Assembly: GCA_963667015.2 (NCBI GenBank)
Contig: CAXXJJ010000001.1
Coordinates: 2,560,001 to 2,624,000 of the forward strand
Length of the DNA stretch: 64,000 nt
Reading direction: 5' to 3'
Source: Desulfatiglandales bacterium
GTDB taxonomy: Bacteria > Desulfobacterota > DSM-4660 > Desulfatiglandales > HGW-15
A program made the position numbers and the translations under genes. Shown here piece after piece: positions 46,931-57,594 of this stretch; positions within the stretch are counted from its first letter, which is position 1, and every line of letters begins with the position of its first letter. Below the pieces are notes generated by a model. That model saw only the letters and a program-made list of their open reading frames with translations. It did not search any database and was not told where the DNA came from.

Positions 46931-47797
46931 TTAGTAATCGTAATAAAAATATACCGTGTAGTATTGATCCAGTTCACCATCGCTAGAATTCGGATCACCG
47001 AACGCAGAGGCTGCATAGTCAGGCTCCAAATCATTGTAGTATGGGTAGTCCAAAACTGTGTATTTCCAGCCTTGAGTGGATGTGGCGCATACATCCTCAA
47101 TGCACACCAGGTAACTGCCTTCAAGAGTCAAGGTGAGTTCATCCTCGGCCCAGTCAGGGTTGCTAAAATGTGCATTGCCACCAGCGGCCAGTGCGTGCAG
47201 GGCTGATGGATTCATCTGCAGGATTTTATCATCATCAGGTTGATTATTAGATGGGTCGAGGTAATCGAGTACATTCCTGTTGACCGTCACCCCGAATTCA
47301 TACCAGTCATCACCACCAGGACCGTCCACATATACATCGATATTGGCAACGGAACTGCTTCCGCTGGTATCTTCAACTACAATATAAGAGTGAACAGTAT
47401 AGGTTACCGTTGGGGAGATATAATAATGGGCAATGACATATGACGCCCCGACACCGAGCAGCTTGATGTCAACGGTGGCAATGTCATCCACCCTGTTGTA
47501 GAGGTTGTCATATTCGTCAACGAATTTGACTACGCTGTCATCGGAAACCGTCCACCAAATATTTCCGGGATCATAAATGGGACCTGTAGAGCCATCATTG
47601 TTTAGACCGATAACGTGGAACCCTTCGATTTTCTCACCAATATCGCCGTAGGGCACAACATAGGTAAAGTCGTACGCATCATCCAGGGTGACGTCATCAT
47701 AAGCCAGGGCTAACGCTGGTGTAATCAGGAGCGCCAGCAGAACAATCAGGCCTGGTAAAGAATTGAAAATCTTTTTTTTCATACTGAAATGTTTCAT
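46931..47797 (-). CDS. Exported acidic protein with Ig-like and DUF4430/transcobalamin-C-like domain
   Basis: Signal peptide ALA-Y; C-terminal GSYLVCIED..GWKYTV..P.YAAS..L....V.FYY pattern. Confidence 0.55.
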   Translation of the reverse strand: MKHFSMKKKIFNSLPGLIVLLALLITPALALAYDDVTLDDAYDFTYVVPYGDIGEKIEGFHVIGLNNDGSTGPIYDPGNIWWTVSDDSVVKFVDEYDNLYNRVDDIATVDIKLLGVGASYVIAHYYISPTVTYTVHSYIVVEDTSGSSSVANIDVYVDGPGGDDWYEFGVTVNRNVLDYLDPSNNQPDDDKILQMNPSALHALAAGGNAHFSNPDWAEDELTLTLEGSYLVCIEDVCATSTQGWKYTVLDYPYYNDLEPDYAASAFGDPNSSDGELDQYYTVYFYYDY

Positions 47798-48003
47798 TTT
47801 TTACTCCTTTCTTTCTGTTAATGGTTGAAATCTCCCTTTGAAAACCTTACCGCTTATCAAAACCCGGCAGTCTTTATAAATTCAGGCTCCGGGGTATGGG
47901 CGGCCGGACTTGTTTTAAACAGCGTCACGGCCGCAGTTTTTAAATCCCGCCCCGGAATCGGACAGTCCGGGGCGGGGGCACAATCAGGTCAAACACACAC
48001 CAA

Positions 48004-51000
48004 TCAGGGTACAGCCGTCACCGTCACCTCACAGGTGCCGTTGTAGGTGCCGTCATCAGCCTGGACCGCAATCAAGGCGATGCCGGGAGCCACGGCTGTG
48101 ACCACGCCCTCCCCTGAGACGGTGGCCACAGCGGTGTTGCTGCTGAGCCAGGTCACGGTTTTATCTCCCGGTATGGCATGGGTCAGGGTGGTTGTCTCCT
48201 CGGCCGCCATGGTCAGTTCCGTGGCAGAGAGGCCGGCGTCATCGGCCATGAAAAGGACCGTGGTGGTTGACGGTACACGGGCCATCCGGATGGACATGCT
48301 GCTCAAGCTGGTGGCGCTCAGATCCAGGATAGCAAGGGCATTGGAATCCTGGAAACAAAACAAGCCTATCGAGGTGACACCGGCGGGCACGACCAGATGG
48401 GTGATACCCGATTCCCTGAACGTCCATCCTCCTATTGTGGTTAGTGAATCGGGAAGATCAACGGTGGTGAGTGAAGTGCATCCGGCAAAACTGCCATCTA
48501 GATTGGTGATTCCCTCAGGCAGTACTACCTGTCTCAGATTGGCGCAATATCTGACCACGCCCTGTCCCAGTTGGGTCATCCCGCTCAAATCCGCCTCGGT
48601 AATGCCCGTACTGGCAAAAACGCTGTCGCCAAGGGCAGTGATGCTGGACGGTAGGTTGATGGCCGTTATGCCGGTGCAGCCGCTGAAGAAGCCCATCGGC
48701 AGGGCGGTGATCCCTTCAGGCAGGACAATGTCCGCCATGTCTGTGATGGCGGTGCACCCCTCGAAAAGCTCCCGGCCATCGGCCAGGACCGTGACAGGGA
48801 CTTGTGACAGGTCGGCCTGTGTAAGGGCAATGCAATCCTTGAAAATCTCCGTGCCCATGCTGGAGATAGTGCCTGGCAGGGTGACTGAAACCAGCCCGGT
48901 GCCGGCAAAGCAGCTTTCGCCCAGATGGGTGACCGTTTCCGGCAAGGCGATGCCGGACAGGTATTCGTATACTTCAAAGGCATTGTCAAGGATCTCGGTA
49001 ATGCCGGTGCAGCCGCTGAAATCCAGGCTGCTGAGCATGGTCCAGTCAAAGACCGCCCCTGTGGCCGAAGCGGGGGTCAGGGCTGTATTACCGGACAGGT
49101 CGATGGTGGAGACACTGCGCAGGTATTTCATCACCGCCATATCCGCATCAGTCAGATCCAGGTTGGATAGGTCCAGGTCAAACTGGATGGCACCCAGTTC
49201 ATCATAGGTAAGGGGGCCGTTGTAGTCCGAGCCTTTTCCTGCGGCCACGGCCAGTCTTTGCATAAAGGCCGTATTGGCGATGGAGACGCTTGTCTCGCCT
49301 TCATACACCGCTTCCAGGGTGACCACGATGGTATAGGTCCTTATGGAGCTGCCCGTGGTGACCGCCACCTTGAAGATATTCTCGCCGGCGGACAGGTCGA
49401 CCGGATCAGACGGGGTCCCAGCGGCAACAGCACTTCCGTTGACGCTAAGGGTGGACGCTGCATCGGCCGGTGTGGCGGTGATCTGCAGCGGGGTAAAGTA
49501 ATCGCCCCCTGCGGTATAATAGACACGCAGGGGATCAAATGCCTGGTCCGGGGTGGCCCCGGTCAGGGAAAGGGCTGCCAGGCCGGGGGATTCGGTTTCC
49601 GTGAAGGTGACCCGGCAGTAGTCGAAGTAGGTTCCGTCCTCAGACGACACAAGGATCAAAGCCGTACCGGCGCTGACCCCGGTCACCACCCCGTCGGCCG
49701 ATACCTCTGCCACGTCAGGATTGGTGCTGCTCCAGACCACTGCCAGGCCGTCGGGAATGGCATGGGAAAGGGTCAGGTCGGCTTCGCCGATGTTCAACTC
49801 CGCTGTGGTGGTATCCAGCCCTGCGGACTGAGCGCCCGGATACACCACCAGGGCGATGTCCGGTATCAACCAGTCGGCGGTGTCAGCGGCGGTAAACGCG
49901 GTTTGCCGCAAATCAAGCAGGCCAAGGGCGCTGTCTTTAAAACATCCATACCCGATTTCCGTTACACCGGCCGGGATAGTCAAATCGTGTAACTGCCCGC
50001 ATTCTTCGAAACTGCCGCTTCCTATGGACGTCAGGGACGATGGCAGGATGATACTTTTTAATCCGGATACGGAAAAACTACCGCTTTCAAGGGTTTCCAG
50101 GCCATCGGGCAGGTCGATTTGGATCAGGGAAGTACAGTCTTTAAAGGCAGAAGTTCCAATATATTTCAGCGACAGGGGCAGGACCACACTGGACAGCCTG
50201 GTGCAGCCCATAAAGCTGTACGTGTCGATACGTGTCATCGTCTCAGGCAGAACAATGCCCGTAAGATTCTCGATTTCCCTAAAACCGTCATTAACAAATC
50301 TTTCAATACCGGTACATCCGCTGAAATCCAGGCTTTTTGGCGTGGTCCAGTCAAAGGGGGCCGGGCTTAGGCTCCATGTAAGAGCGGTGTTATCGGAAAG
50401 ATCGATGGCTGACACTCCGGTCAAATACTTCATCACCGCCATATCCCAATTGTTCAAATCCGTAGCGGAGAGATCAATGGTTCCGGTAATGGCGGCCAGC
50501 TCTGTCACGGTCAGGTTTTCGGTGTAAATACCTGCATCCTTGCCTGCGGCCACTGCCAGCCGGTCCTTGATGGCGGGGTTGCCGATGGCCACCTGGCCGT
50601 CTTCTTTTTCCGTGACCGCTGCCATGTCGATAGTGATGGTATAGGTTTTGGTGATCCCGCCGGAGGTCACAGTAATCGTAAGAACGGTCTCCGGATAGGT
50701 CAGGTCCACTTCCGTTGTACTGCCGGCAGTCACGGTTTCGTTGTTGAGCGTCAGGATCGAACCCGAATCAGTGGCATCCAAGGTCACACTGGTGGTCCTT
50801 ATATCACCGGCAATATCTGCGGTGTAGATATAGGCCAGGGAATCAAAGTTATGGTTCAGATCGATGCCGGACAGTTCAAGGCTGCTCAAGGTGGCCAGGC
50901 CGTTGTCAGTGACCGTCACCCGGCAATACCCGCTGTGGGAATCCGACTCTGATTTGACGTAAATATATGCGATGCCGCCGGAAACACCGGACACCACCCC

Positions 51001-54000
51001 GTCTTCCACCACTGCGATATTGGCATTGCTGCTACCCCAGACCACGGTTTCGGAATCGGGGATCTGGTGGGTGAGAGTCACGGTTCCCTGGCCCGCCTTG
51101 ACCTCCGCGGTCGGCGGATTAACCTGGGCGTCGTCGCCGATGAGAAAAACGATTTTCTCGTACAATCCCAATTCACTGCGGGTGAGCTGGGATTGGCGCC
51201 CGTCCACCACCTTGAAATAGTGGGTTCCGGAAGAAGAATATGAGCTGCCGAATGTTCCGCTGCCCACGGTTTCCAGGGACGCCGGAATGTTTATTATCTG
51301 CATTGCGTGGCAATGGCTGAACGCGTAATCGCCGATTGCGGTCAGGGAGTCCGGCAGGGTGAGGTCCCTGAGATTGGTGCATCTATTGAAGCAATTATCA
51401 CCGATGCTGGTCAGGGATACCGGCAGAATGATTTCGGTCAGGCTGCTGCACCTTGAAAAACAGTCCGGGCCGATGGTTTTCAGATTTGCGGGCAGTTGAA
51501 TGTCTTGCAGGTTTTCACAAGCATGGAATATTCCTTCATTCAGGGCCGTTACACCATCGGAAATGGTGATTCGGATCATAGCCGTGCAGCCTGCAAAGGC
51601 CCAGTCGCCGATGGTTTCCAGATTTACCGGCAGGATTATCGGGGCCAGCCCGGTGCAGCCTGTAAAGCAGGACTCGCCGATGCGGGTCAGGGTGTCCGGA
51701 AAAATAAAACCCTTCAGATTGGTGCACTCGAAAAAGGCCCTGTTTGCAAGCTCTGTCAGGCCGGCGCACCCGCTGAAGTCCAGCGTCTTTTCAAGGGTCC
51801 AGTCAAAGGTTGATTTCTTGACCGTTGCGGACGTTATATCCGGATTACCGGACAGGTCAATGGCAGTGACACCGGTGAGGTACTGCATCAGGGACATGTC
51901 AGCATCCGTAAGGCCGCTGTTTGACAAATCCAGTTCGCCGGTAAGGGTTTTCAGTTCGGCCGAGGTCAAATCGCCGGTATAATCCGCTCCCTTGCCCAGG
52001 GCCTCTGCCAGCCGGCTTTTCAGGGTGTCGCTTTGGATGGGCACGACACCGTGGAGCTGGCCCGGCACCTTTTCTTTTACCTCGATGGTGATATCCGGAA
52101 TATTGCCCTTGTGGTAATAGGTCACCTTCTTCCACCAGGTCGGCCCGTACATGACCCAGACGTAACCGCCCCGTACATGGTAGGTGCCCGGCGGCGTGTC
52201 TTCCGGGACCATGAATCTGACTGACTGTATCTTTTCCAGTTCATAATCGACTACGGCGCTTGCTGAAGTCACTGTTTCCTGACCGGGAATGTCGGTTACA
52301 AAAATGGTATAGCTGTTGAGCAGGGAGGAAGTCATCCAGCTATCGTCATCCTCGGGATGGGCCTCGGCAATGGTCTGGATGTCCAGGTCCGGCAGGTTCA
52401 GGACCACCTGGTCCCCGGGCCAGATATCTTCGGTGTTGGCTATATTGACAGTGAATAATTGAGGATCGTAATCCTGGTTTTCTAGGACCGTGATGTGTAT
52501 ATCCGGCAGGATGCAAAAGCTTTTATCCGTCTGGGGCGCGGCCGTATTTGGCGGGGCCGTTCCCACCGACCTTTCGGAGTACAGGGCATCGCCGAACCAG
52601 TTGGTGTCGATGTGGCCGTTGGTAAGCACATAGTCACCGGCGGCGGTCAGTTCCACCTCCACATTGCTGAGGCTGTACTGGGCCGTGCCCCCTGTAATTA
52701 TCGAGTAGCGGGGCATCAACGTGTCATAGGTAATCCGGTTTGCAGACGGGTTATAGATGCGCGACACCTTGGGCACCGGGGTTGTCAGGCCGGTAAAATT
52801 GACGGTGACGATATCCCCTTCGTAAAAAAGCCCGGAACCGGCACGGGTGTTATTGACCACTGAAATGGCGCATTTTTTGGCCCGGATATTCACCACCTCG
52901 GTGGTGGCGCCGGAACTGCCTGCGGAGGTGATCACAATTGGGTTGTAACCGTTGATCAGGGGGACGGTAAAGCTATTGTCCGTGGGAGTGTAGACAGTGC
53001 CGTTAAGTTCGGCGATTAAAGTGGCGCCCTCGTCAGCAGTCACGGAAAAGGTAAAATCGATGCTCTCCCCGGTAAAATATATAATATCGTACTTGGTCAG
53101 GGTGATATCGGTCTCTATTGCCGGACCTGCGGCGTTGGCCGCCTTGACATTGACGGCCAACAGTGGCTTCTGGCCGGTGTAGTCCGGGTAGGAAATCTGG
53201 AACACTGCCACGCCTTCGGAAAGACCCCGGATGTAGTAGAGGGTGTCCTCCGCCGAATCGGTGGGGTCCTCCTTTTCTACCAGGGCCACCTGATCGCCTT
53301 TGATGCAGGTGAAAATCAAATCTTCGCGGTTGTAGGCCTGGTCATCTAACCCCACCCTGGGGGTATCCAGGATAACGATCACCTGGCGATCACCCACTGT
53401 GACGTCAAGGGCCAGGGTGCTTAACAGGAAATCCTCTTCGTAATCCTGGGCCTGCAAATCCACAAAGGGGATGCCTGCTGCATCCTGCATCCAGTAGATG
53501 GCCTCGCCCAGGCCTATCTTGCGGTCTCCGTCAATATGTTCGCTGGCCAGTATCTCATCCGAGCTGGCCTGGCCGGTTAAAATTTTAAGGGCACGTATCG
53601 TATCGCCCAGGTCACTCTCGCCGGTGTAGGCCGAAGCGTTGACGCCGGACAAAAGGATTATCGATATGATCATTAAGGGGAGTAAGAAAAGACCCGCTGT
53701 TTTTTTATTCATTATATTTTTCATCCATTTCCTGCGGAGGCAGATAGCCATGCCCAGGACGGATAAAAATAGAGCAATCAGGGCCCAGGGCAGGTTGGCG
53801 GACTTCATTCCTCCGGACAGGGTTTCGATAAAACAGCTGTCTCCGCCGGATGCGTTTTTGTTGGCTCCGCTTATATTTGTACCCAGACCACCGGGATCTA
53901 CAATTCGGCCGTTTTCGATTCCGTCTTCATCGCCGTAATCCCCGTCTTTGAGGGTCAGTTCAATTGATCTCCGGTCAGAGGAAAATTCCGAGTAATCCGT

Positions 54001-55638
54001 GTAATCGATCCATGATTGCTGAAGTGCATCGTATTTCCACCAGGTCATATCTTCGGAAACCGCGTCATCAAAATGGATGGTGACTCTAACTGTGCCGTCG
54101 CCCGAATCGTCATCGTCAAGCGCCATGTTGAATCCCACAAGACCGTAGGGTGTTTCCAGCCCCTCAGGCATGGCAGAAACGGCCGTATCATCCATATCAT
54201 CCAGATGCAGGGACGAAATTTGTCTGATTTCGGCATTGTCCGGCTGGACGATGCCAAGGTTCAGGCTCTCGCCGGCTGAACGGATACCGATGACATCCGC
54301 TTCAAAGGCCGCAAGCTCCTCCTCTGTCAAAGACTGGTCTTCAGGCACAAGAACGCCGTTGGTGACGGCAAATCCTTCAGGTAGGGCCTGCGTCTTAAAC
54401 CGGGTAAAATCCGACCATTCCGAGGACATGGCGCCTGCCGGGCAATCATCGTAAAACATGGCGCGTACGGCGTAGGAGGTGTCCGGTTGGAGATAAAAAT
54501 CCGGAACGATCAGGGTTGTCAGGTTTGTGAAGCTGTCCGCCCAGTACACAATAAAAGTTTCGTCAATGACAGATCCGTCAGTGTCGATCAGGTCATCCAG
54601 TTCCATCCCGCTGTCGGTAAGTGCGGAAAGGTCCACAATCTGCCATTCGGTTTCTCCATGGCCGTTACTGGCATCGTAAAAGGCCTCTGTTTCAAGGATT
54701 GGTGTAAGCACTGTAGCGCCGGTAACAGCCGCCATAACAGGTTTTTCCGGAGCATCATTGACAAAATTTGCAGTGATACCGCCCTCGGCCACGTTGACGC
54801 TGGTTGTATAACTGCCATAGTCCGCATGGGAAAAACTGATCTGAAGTTCTGCCGAGGCCTCGGAGTTTGACAGGGTAACTTCAAAATTTCCCTGATCATC
54901 GGTTGTCGCTGTGGTCGTTCTGCCTGTCAGGGGAGAGTATATGGTTATCTGGGTATTGCCGATTGCCTGGCCGTCAAAACTCAGGGCGCCGGAAATCAGG
55001 GCCTCGGATGTATCGGTAATTGTTACAGTGCCCTGAACGATCGCGGAGACTTCGATCTCTTCGAAAGATGTCTCCGACAACTGGGTGACAAGCATTGCGG
55101 TCTGCTCGCCCGATGCATCGTAACCGGCATTCTCGTTATCGATCATTGATGGTTCAACTGTGACGGAAACCGTATCACTGTATTCCAGGCCCGTGGCCGT
55201 GAAATAAATCGTGCACAGTGTGGTGTTGTTTGTCCCCGCGGAACGTGCGCGCACACCGGCGATACGGGCGCCGCCGATGGAGGCGCTCTCCTCGCCGATT
55301 ACCAGGGGACTGTTATAGGTGACGTTGTCTACTGTCACACTTTCCGGAGGATCATTGTATGCATCCGCAGCTTCAAACTGTTCGGCAAAGGTGTCGAAAA
55401 AAGTGCTCTCCACCGATGTCATGGTCAGGTGCTCAGTATCGTAGCGAACGGTAAAGGCCGCTCCCAGAATATACTGGGGATCATCCACATCAATATCTAT
55501 GCTGAATCCGGTATTGGCCAGATCATACTCTGCATCGTTCACGGTGATGGTCACCGGAGATGGCGATGCATAAACGGACGTTACCGTCAGCAGGGTCCAT
55601 ATAATAAGACTTGTTAATAGTTTTAATCCTCTTATCAT
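48004..55638 (-). CDS. Giant surface protein: cohesin-like, choice-of-anchor-U-like, internal CFI-TM anchor, dockerin-like, BspA-type LRRs, Ig-like and cadherin-like domains
   Basis: Start 55638 after RBS AAAGGAG; LP.SLT.IG..AF..C..L LRR repeats; VW.SSN..VA.V..G.V Big_2 repeats; DG..GD.DG..NG.IVDPGG. Confidence 0.85.
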   Translation of the reverse strand: MIRGLKLLTSLIIWTLLTVTSVYASPSPVTITVNDAEYDLANTGFSIDIDVDDPQYILGAAFTVRYDTEHLTMTSVESTFFDTFAEQFEAADAYNDPPESVTVDNVTYNSPLVIGEESASIGGARIAGVRARSAGTNNTTLCTIYFTATGLEYSDTVSVTVEPSMIDNENAGYDASGEQTAMLVTQLSETSFEEIEVSAIVQGTVTITDTSEALISGALSFDGQAIGNTQITIYSPLTGRTTTATTDDQGNFEVTLSNSEASAELQISFSHADYGSYTTSVNVAEGGITANFVNDAPEKPVMAAVTGATVLTPILETEAFYDASNGHGETEWQIVDLSALTDSGMELDDLIDTDGSVIDETFIVYWADSFTNLTTLIVPDFYLQPDTSYAVRAMFYDDCPAGAMSSEWSDFTRFKTQALPEGFAVTNGVLVPEDQSLTEEELAAFEADVIGIRSAGESLNLGIVQPDNAEIRQISSLHLDDMDDTAVSAMPEGLETPYGLVGFNMALDDDDSGDGTVRVTIHFDDAVSEDMTWWKYDALQQSWIDYTDYSEFSSDRRSIELTLKDGDYGDEDGIENGRIVDPGGLGTNISGANKNASGGDSCFIETLSGGMKSANLPWALIALFLSVLGMAICLRRKWMKNIMNKKTAGLFLLPLMIISIILLSGVNASAYTGESDLGDTIRALKILTGQASSDEILASEHIDGDRKIGLGEAIYWMQDAAGIPFVDLQAQDYEEDFLLSTLALDVTVGDRQVIVILDTPRVGLDDQAYNREDLIFTCIKGDQVALVEKEDPTDSAEDTLYYIRGLSEGVAVFQISYPDYTGQKPLLAVNVKAANAAGPAIETDITLTKYDIIYFTGESIDFTFSVTADEGATLIAELNGTVYTPTDNSFTVPLINGYNPIVITSAGSSGATTEVVNIRAKKCAISVVNNTRAGSGLFYEGDIVTVNFTGLTTPVPKVSRIYNPSANRITYDTLMPRYSIITGGTAQYSLSNVEVELTAAGDYVLTNGHIDTNWFGDALYSERSVGTAPPNTAAPQTDKSFCILPDIHITVLENQDYDPQLFTVNIANTEDIWPGDQVVLNLPDLDIQTIAEAHPEDDDSWMTSSLLNSYTIFVTDIPGQETVTSASAVVDYELEKIQSVRFMVPEDTPPGTYHVRGGYVWVMYGPTWWKKVTYYHKGNIPDITIEVKEKVPGQLHGVVPIQSDTLKSRLAEALGKGADYTGDLTSAELKTLTGELDLSNSGLTDADMSLMQYLTGVTAIDLSGNPDITSATVKKSTFDWTLEKTLDFSGCAGLTELANRAFFECTNLKGFIFPDTLTRIGESCFTGCTGLAPIILPVNLETIGDWAFAGCTAMIRITISDGVTALNEGIFHACENLQDIQLPANLKTIGPDCFSRCSSLTEIILPVSLTSIGDNCFNRCTNLRDLTLPDSLTAIGDYAFSHCHAMQIINIPASLETVGSGTFGSSYSSSGTHYFKVVDGRQSQLTRSELGLYEKIVFLIGDDAQVNPPTAEVKAGQGTVTLTHQIPDSETVVWGSSNANIAVVEDGVVSGVSGGIAYIYVKSESDSHSGYCRVTVTDNGLATLSSLELSGIDLNHNFDSLAYIYTADIAGDIRTTSVTLDATDSGSILTLNNETVTAGSTTEVDLTYPETVLTITVTSGGITKTYTITIDMAAVTEKEDGQVAIGNPAIKDRLAVAAGKDAGIYTENLTVTELAAITGTIDLSATDLNNWDMAVMKYLTGVSAIDLSDNTALTWSLSPAPFDWTTPKSLDFSGCTGIERFVNDGFREIENLTGIVLPETMTRIDTYSFMGCTRLSSVVLPLSLKYIGTSAFKDCTSLIQIDLPDGLETLESGSFSVSGLKSIILPSSLTSIGSGSFEECGQLHDLTIPAGVTEIGYGCFKDSALGLLDLRQTAFTAADTADWLIPDIALVVYPGAQSAGLDTTTAELNIGEADLTLSHAIPDGLAVVWSSTNPDVAEVSADGVVTGVSAGTALILVSSEDGTYFDYCRVTFTETESPGLAALSLTGATPDQAFDPLRVYYTAGGDYFTPLQITATPADAASTLSVNGSAVAAGTPSDPVDLSAGENIFKVAVTTGSSIRTYTIVVTLEAVYEGETSVSIANTAFMQRLAVAAGKGSDYNGPLTYDELGAIQFDLDLSNLDLTDADMAVMKYLRSVSTIDLSGNTALTPASATGAVFDWTMLSSLDFSGCTGITEILDNAFEVYEYLSGIALPETVTHLGESCFAGTGLVSVTLPGTISSMGTEIFKDCIALTQADLSQVPVTVLADGRELFEGCTAITDMADIVLPEGITALPMGFFSGCTGITAINLPSSITALGDSVFASTGITEADLSGMTQLGQGVVRYCANLRQVVLPEGITNLDGSFAGCTSLTTVDLPDSLTTIGGWTFRESGITHLVVPAGVTSIGLFCFQDSNALAILDLSATSLSSMSIRMARVPSTTTVLFMADDAGLSATELTMAAEETTTLTHAIPGDKTVTWLSSNTAVATVSGEGVVTAVAPGIALIAVQADDGTYNGTCEVTVTAVP

Positions 55639-55774
55639 AACCTGTTCTCCTTTAAATTTGTGTTGATAAAAAAAATCCCCGGATTGAAACAATATTCCAA
55701 TCCGGGGATTCCCTTTGATTTCCTCGAGATCTTCTTATACCCGTCCATGCCGTAGGACGGATAATATTTTTAAT

Positions 55775-55940
55775 CATTCAGGCAGGTCTTCTGACTTTCG
55801 GATCAACCTAATAACCGAGCCTTCCCATTCCGATTAATCGGAACAGTGACATATTTCGGCTTTCGTCCCCGAATACAGCGGCGGGCCCGCTCCGGATTCT
55901 CACCGGATTCCCTTTTCAGCTTAAGATAAGCACCTGAATG
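55775..55940 (-). promoter_or_regulatory. Cobalamin riboswitch (class I type) upstream of giant surface protein
   Basis: AGGGAATCCGGTGAGAATCCGG..CCCGCCGCTGTA..GTCACTG..GGGAAGGC..AGTCAGAAGACCTGCC; terminator ~55668-55709. Confidence 0.93.
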
Positions 55941-55985
55941 TCTTATATATTCATTCTTATAATGGACTCAGTATGTCCTCCTTGT

Positions 55986-57464
55986 TTAAAAAAGAATTGA
56001 AATGAAGCATCCTCCTCCGCCTCCTCCTTTATCATCTCCGCCCTCATCACCTGGATTGGGACCGGGGTTAGGACCGGGATCGTTATCCTCAATGGTTCCG
56101 GGAGCAACATCGGCAAAGGCATCGATCTCTCCTTCCGCAAACTCTCCCTCAAGCCCCTGCACCCTGATGTATTGAATCCATTCATAGCCCGATTCCGAAA
56201 GGTCAAAACCCGTCCCTCCGGCAGAGCCTTTGTACATGGCGATGGCCTCGGCGGCTGTTTTTCCCTCGAAATCCTCAAGTGTAAGGGCGGGATTTACCGG
56301 TCTGGTCCAGTCCATTTCCGTGTCTGTCCATTGGCTGTTTTCCTCGTCCCAATCGTATGCCTGGGTGGGAAACAGGTTGTCTCCGTAGGGGCCGTTATCA
56401 TAGGTGTACCAGGTTTCACCGTCCTGACTCACTGAAACCGTGACCTTTTCAAACCACCCGCCGCCGCTGAGTAGCGCCTTGTTCATGTCCGAATCGTCGT
56501 TGACAGACTCTCCGCCCAGGGAGAAAAAGGAATTACCGAATACGATAAAATCGATGCCGTATGGGTTTTCCGAATCATCCAGGACCTTGTGGTCGAAGCG
56601 TACCGTGATGTGCGAACCGGGGTTGAGGGTTGTAATCAGGGGTTCATCATCCAGGCCGTAGACATAGGCGGGCTCAACGATTTTGACCCGGCTTGTGACG
56701 CCGGCGCCGTCCTGGAACTGCGTGGCCGGCTTGCCGAGCAGGGCTTCGGGATAGCTGTAGGCGCCATCACCAAACGGCCCCTCATAATCCACCAGGGCTG
56801 CGGCATAAGGCGAAGGAGCAGCGGCAGCAGCCAGGTTTTCCATGTCCGGGGGTGAGTTTTCACTTATCAAATCGAACCCGTCATACTGAACCAGTCTCCA
56901 GCCGTCCCAGGTGCCGTTGGCAAGTACCCGGGAGGTGATGCCTGTGTTGGACGCTGACCAGTCATCGTTGGCACTCTCCTTTAACGTGTAAAACCAGAAA
57001 TTTTCATACCATCCCTCCTGGTGCAGGTCATCGATGTCTTCCGCGTATCCGTCCTCGTTGGACAGGTGAGGTGTGCCTTCATAGGACTGATAGTCGTAGG
57101 TGCCCTCCACATAGGTAAATCCGTCACAGTCCATATCATAGCCAAGCCCGTAAACAGTGCTGCCCTCCGGGTTTGTCCACTCCTCGAAAATGGCGAACAG
57201 CCGGTCATCGGCCTCAACGATTGCCTTGATCATATCCTCGCCGGTGGCACTCCCGTCCCAGCGAAAACCCCATGCCAGGGTGGTTTTGTCATGTGTACCG
57301 TCATCCCATTCGATCACCAGAACTGCCCGGTTTTCTCCGGAACCGACCCAGAATTCGATATCATCCACGGTTAAACCAAAGGCTGGATTTTCCACCTGAA
57401 AGAGAAACGATAAGGTCGTTGCCAGTATAAACAACACCATTTGAATCCTACGAATGCGCATCAT
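55986..57464 (-). CDS. Exported cell-surface protein with GGGGGG-CFI C-terminal tail
   Basis: Signal peptide; IEFWVGSGENRAVLVIEW..AWGFRWDG domain; ITVRFDH..NPYGIDFIVFGN domain; ends GGGGGGCFISILF. Confidence 0.75.
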   Translation of the reverse strand: MMRIRRIQMVLFILATTLSFLFQVENPAFGLTVDDIEFWVGSGENRAVLVIEWDDGTHDKTTLAWGFRWDGSATGEDMIKAIVEADDRLFAIFEEWTNPEGSTVYGLGYDMDCDGFTYVEGTYDYQSYEGTPHLSNEDGYAEDIDDLHQEGWYENFWFYTLKESANDDWSASNTGITSRVLANGTWDGWRLVQYDGFDLISENSPPDMENLAAAAAPSPYAAALVDYEGPFGDGAYSYPEALLGKPATQFQDGAGVTSRVKIVEPAYVYGLDDEPLITTLNPGSHITVRFDHKVLDDSENPYGIDFIVFGNSFFSLGGESVNDDSDMNKALLSGGGWFEKVTVSVSQDGETWYTYDNGPYGDNLFPTQAYDWDEENSQWTDTEMDWTRPVNPALTLEDFEGKTAAEAIAMYKGSAGGTGFDLSESGYEWIQYIRVQGLEGEFAEGEIDAFADVAPGTIEDNDPGPNPGPNPGDEGGDDKGGGGGGCFISILF

Positions 57465-57594
57465 GTTATTTTTTCACTCCCTTTTTCAATCCGATGTTCC
57501 CGGCGGGAATACATCGTTTTTTCCGTTTTATTGCGAAGCGCAAGGTCTAATGCCTTATCGCTTGCGGCGGTTAAGATCGAGTTAATCATTCTTT

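Noticed and set aside
48047..50527. Long plus-strand ORFs (386, 244, 223 aa)
   Set aside because: Antisense shadows of the GC-rich repetitive LRR gene; no independent motifs or RBS
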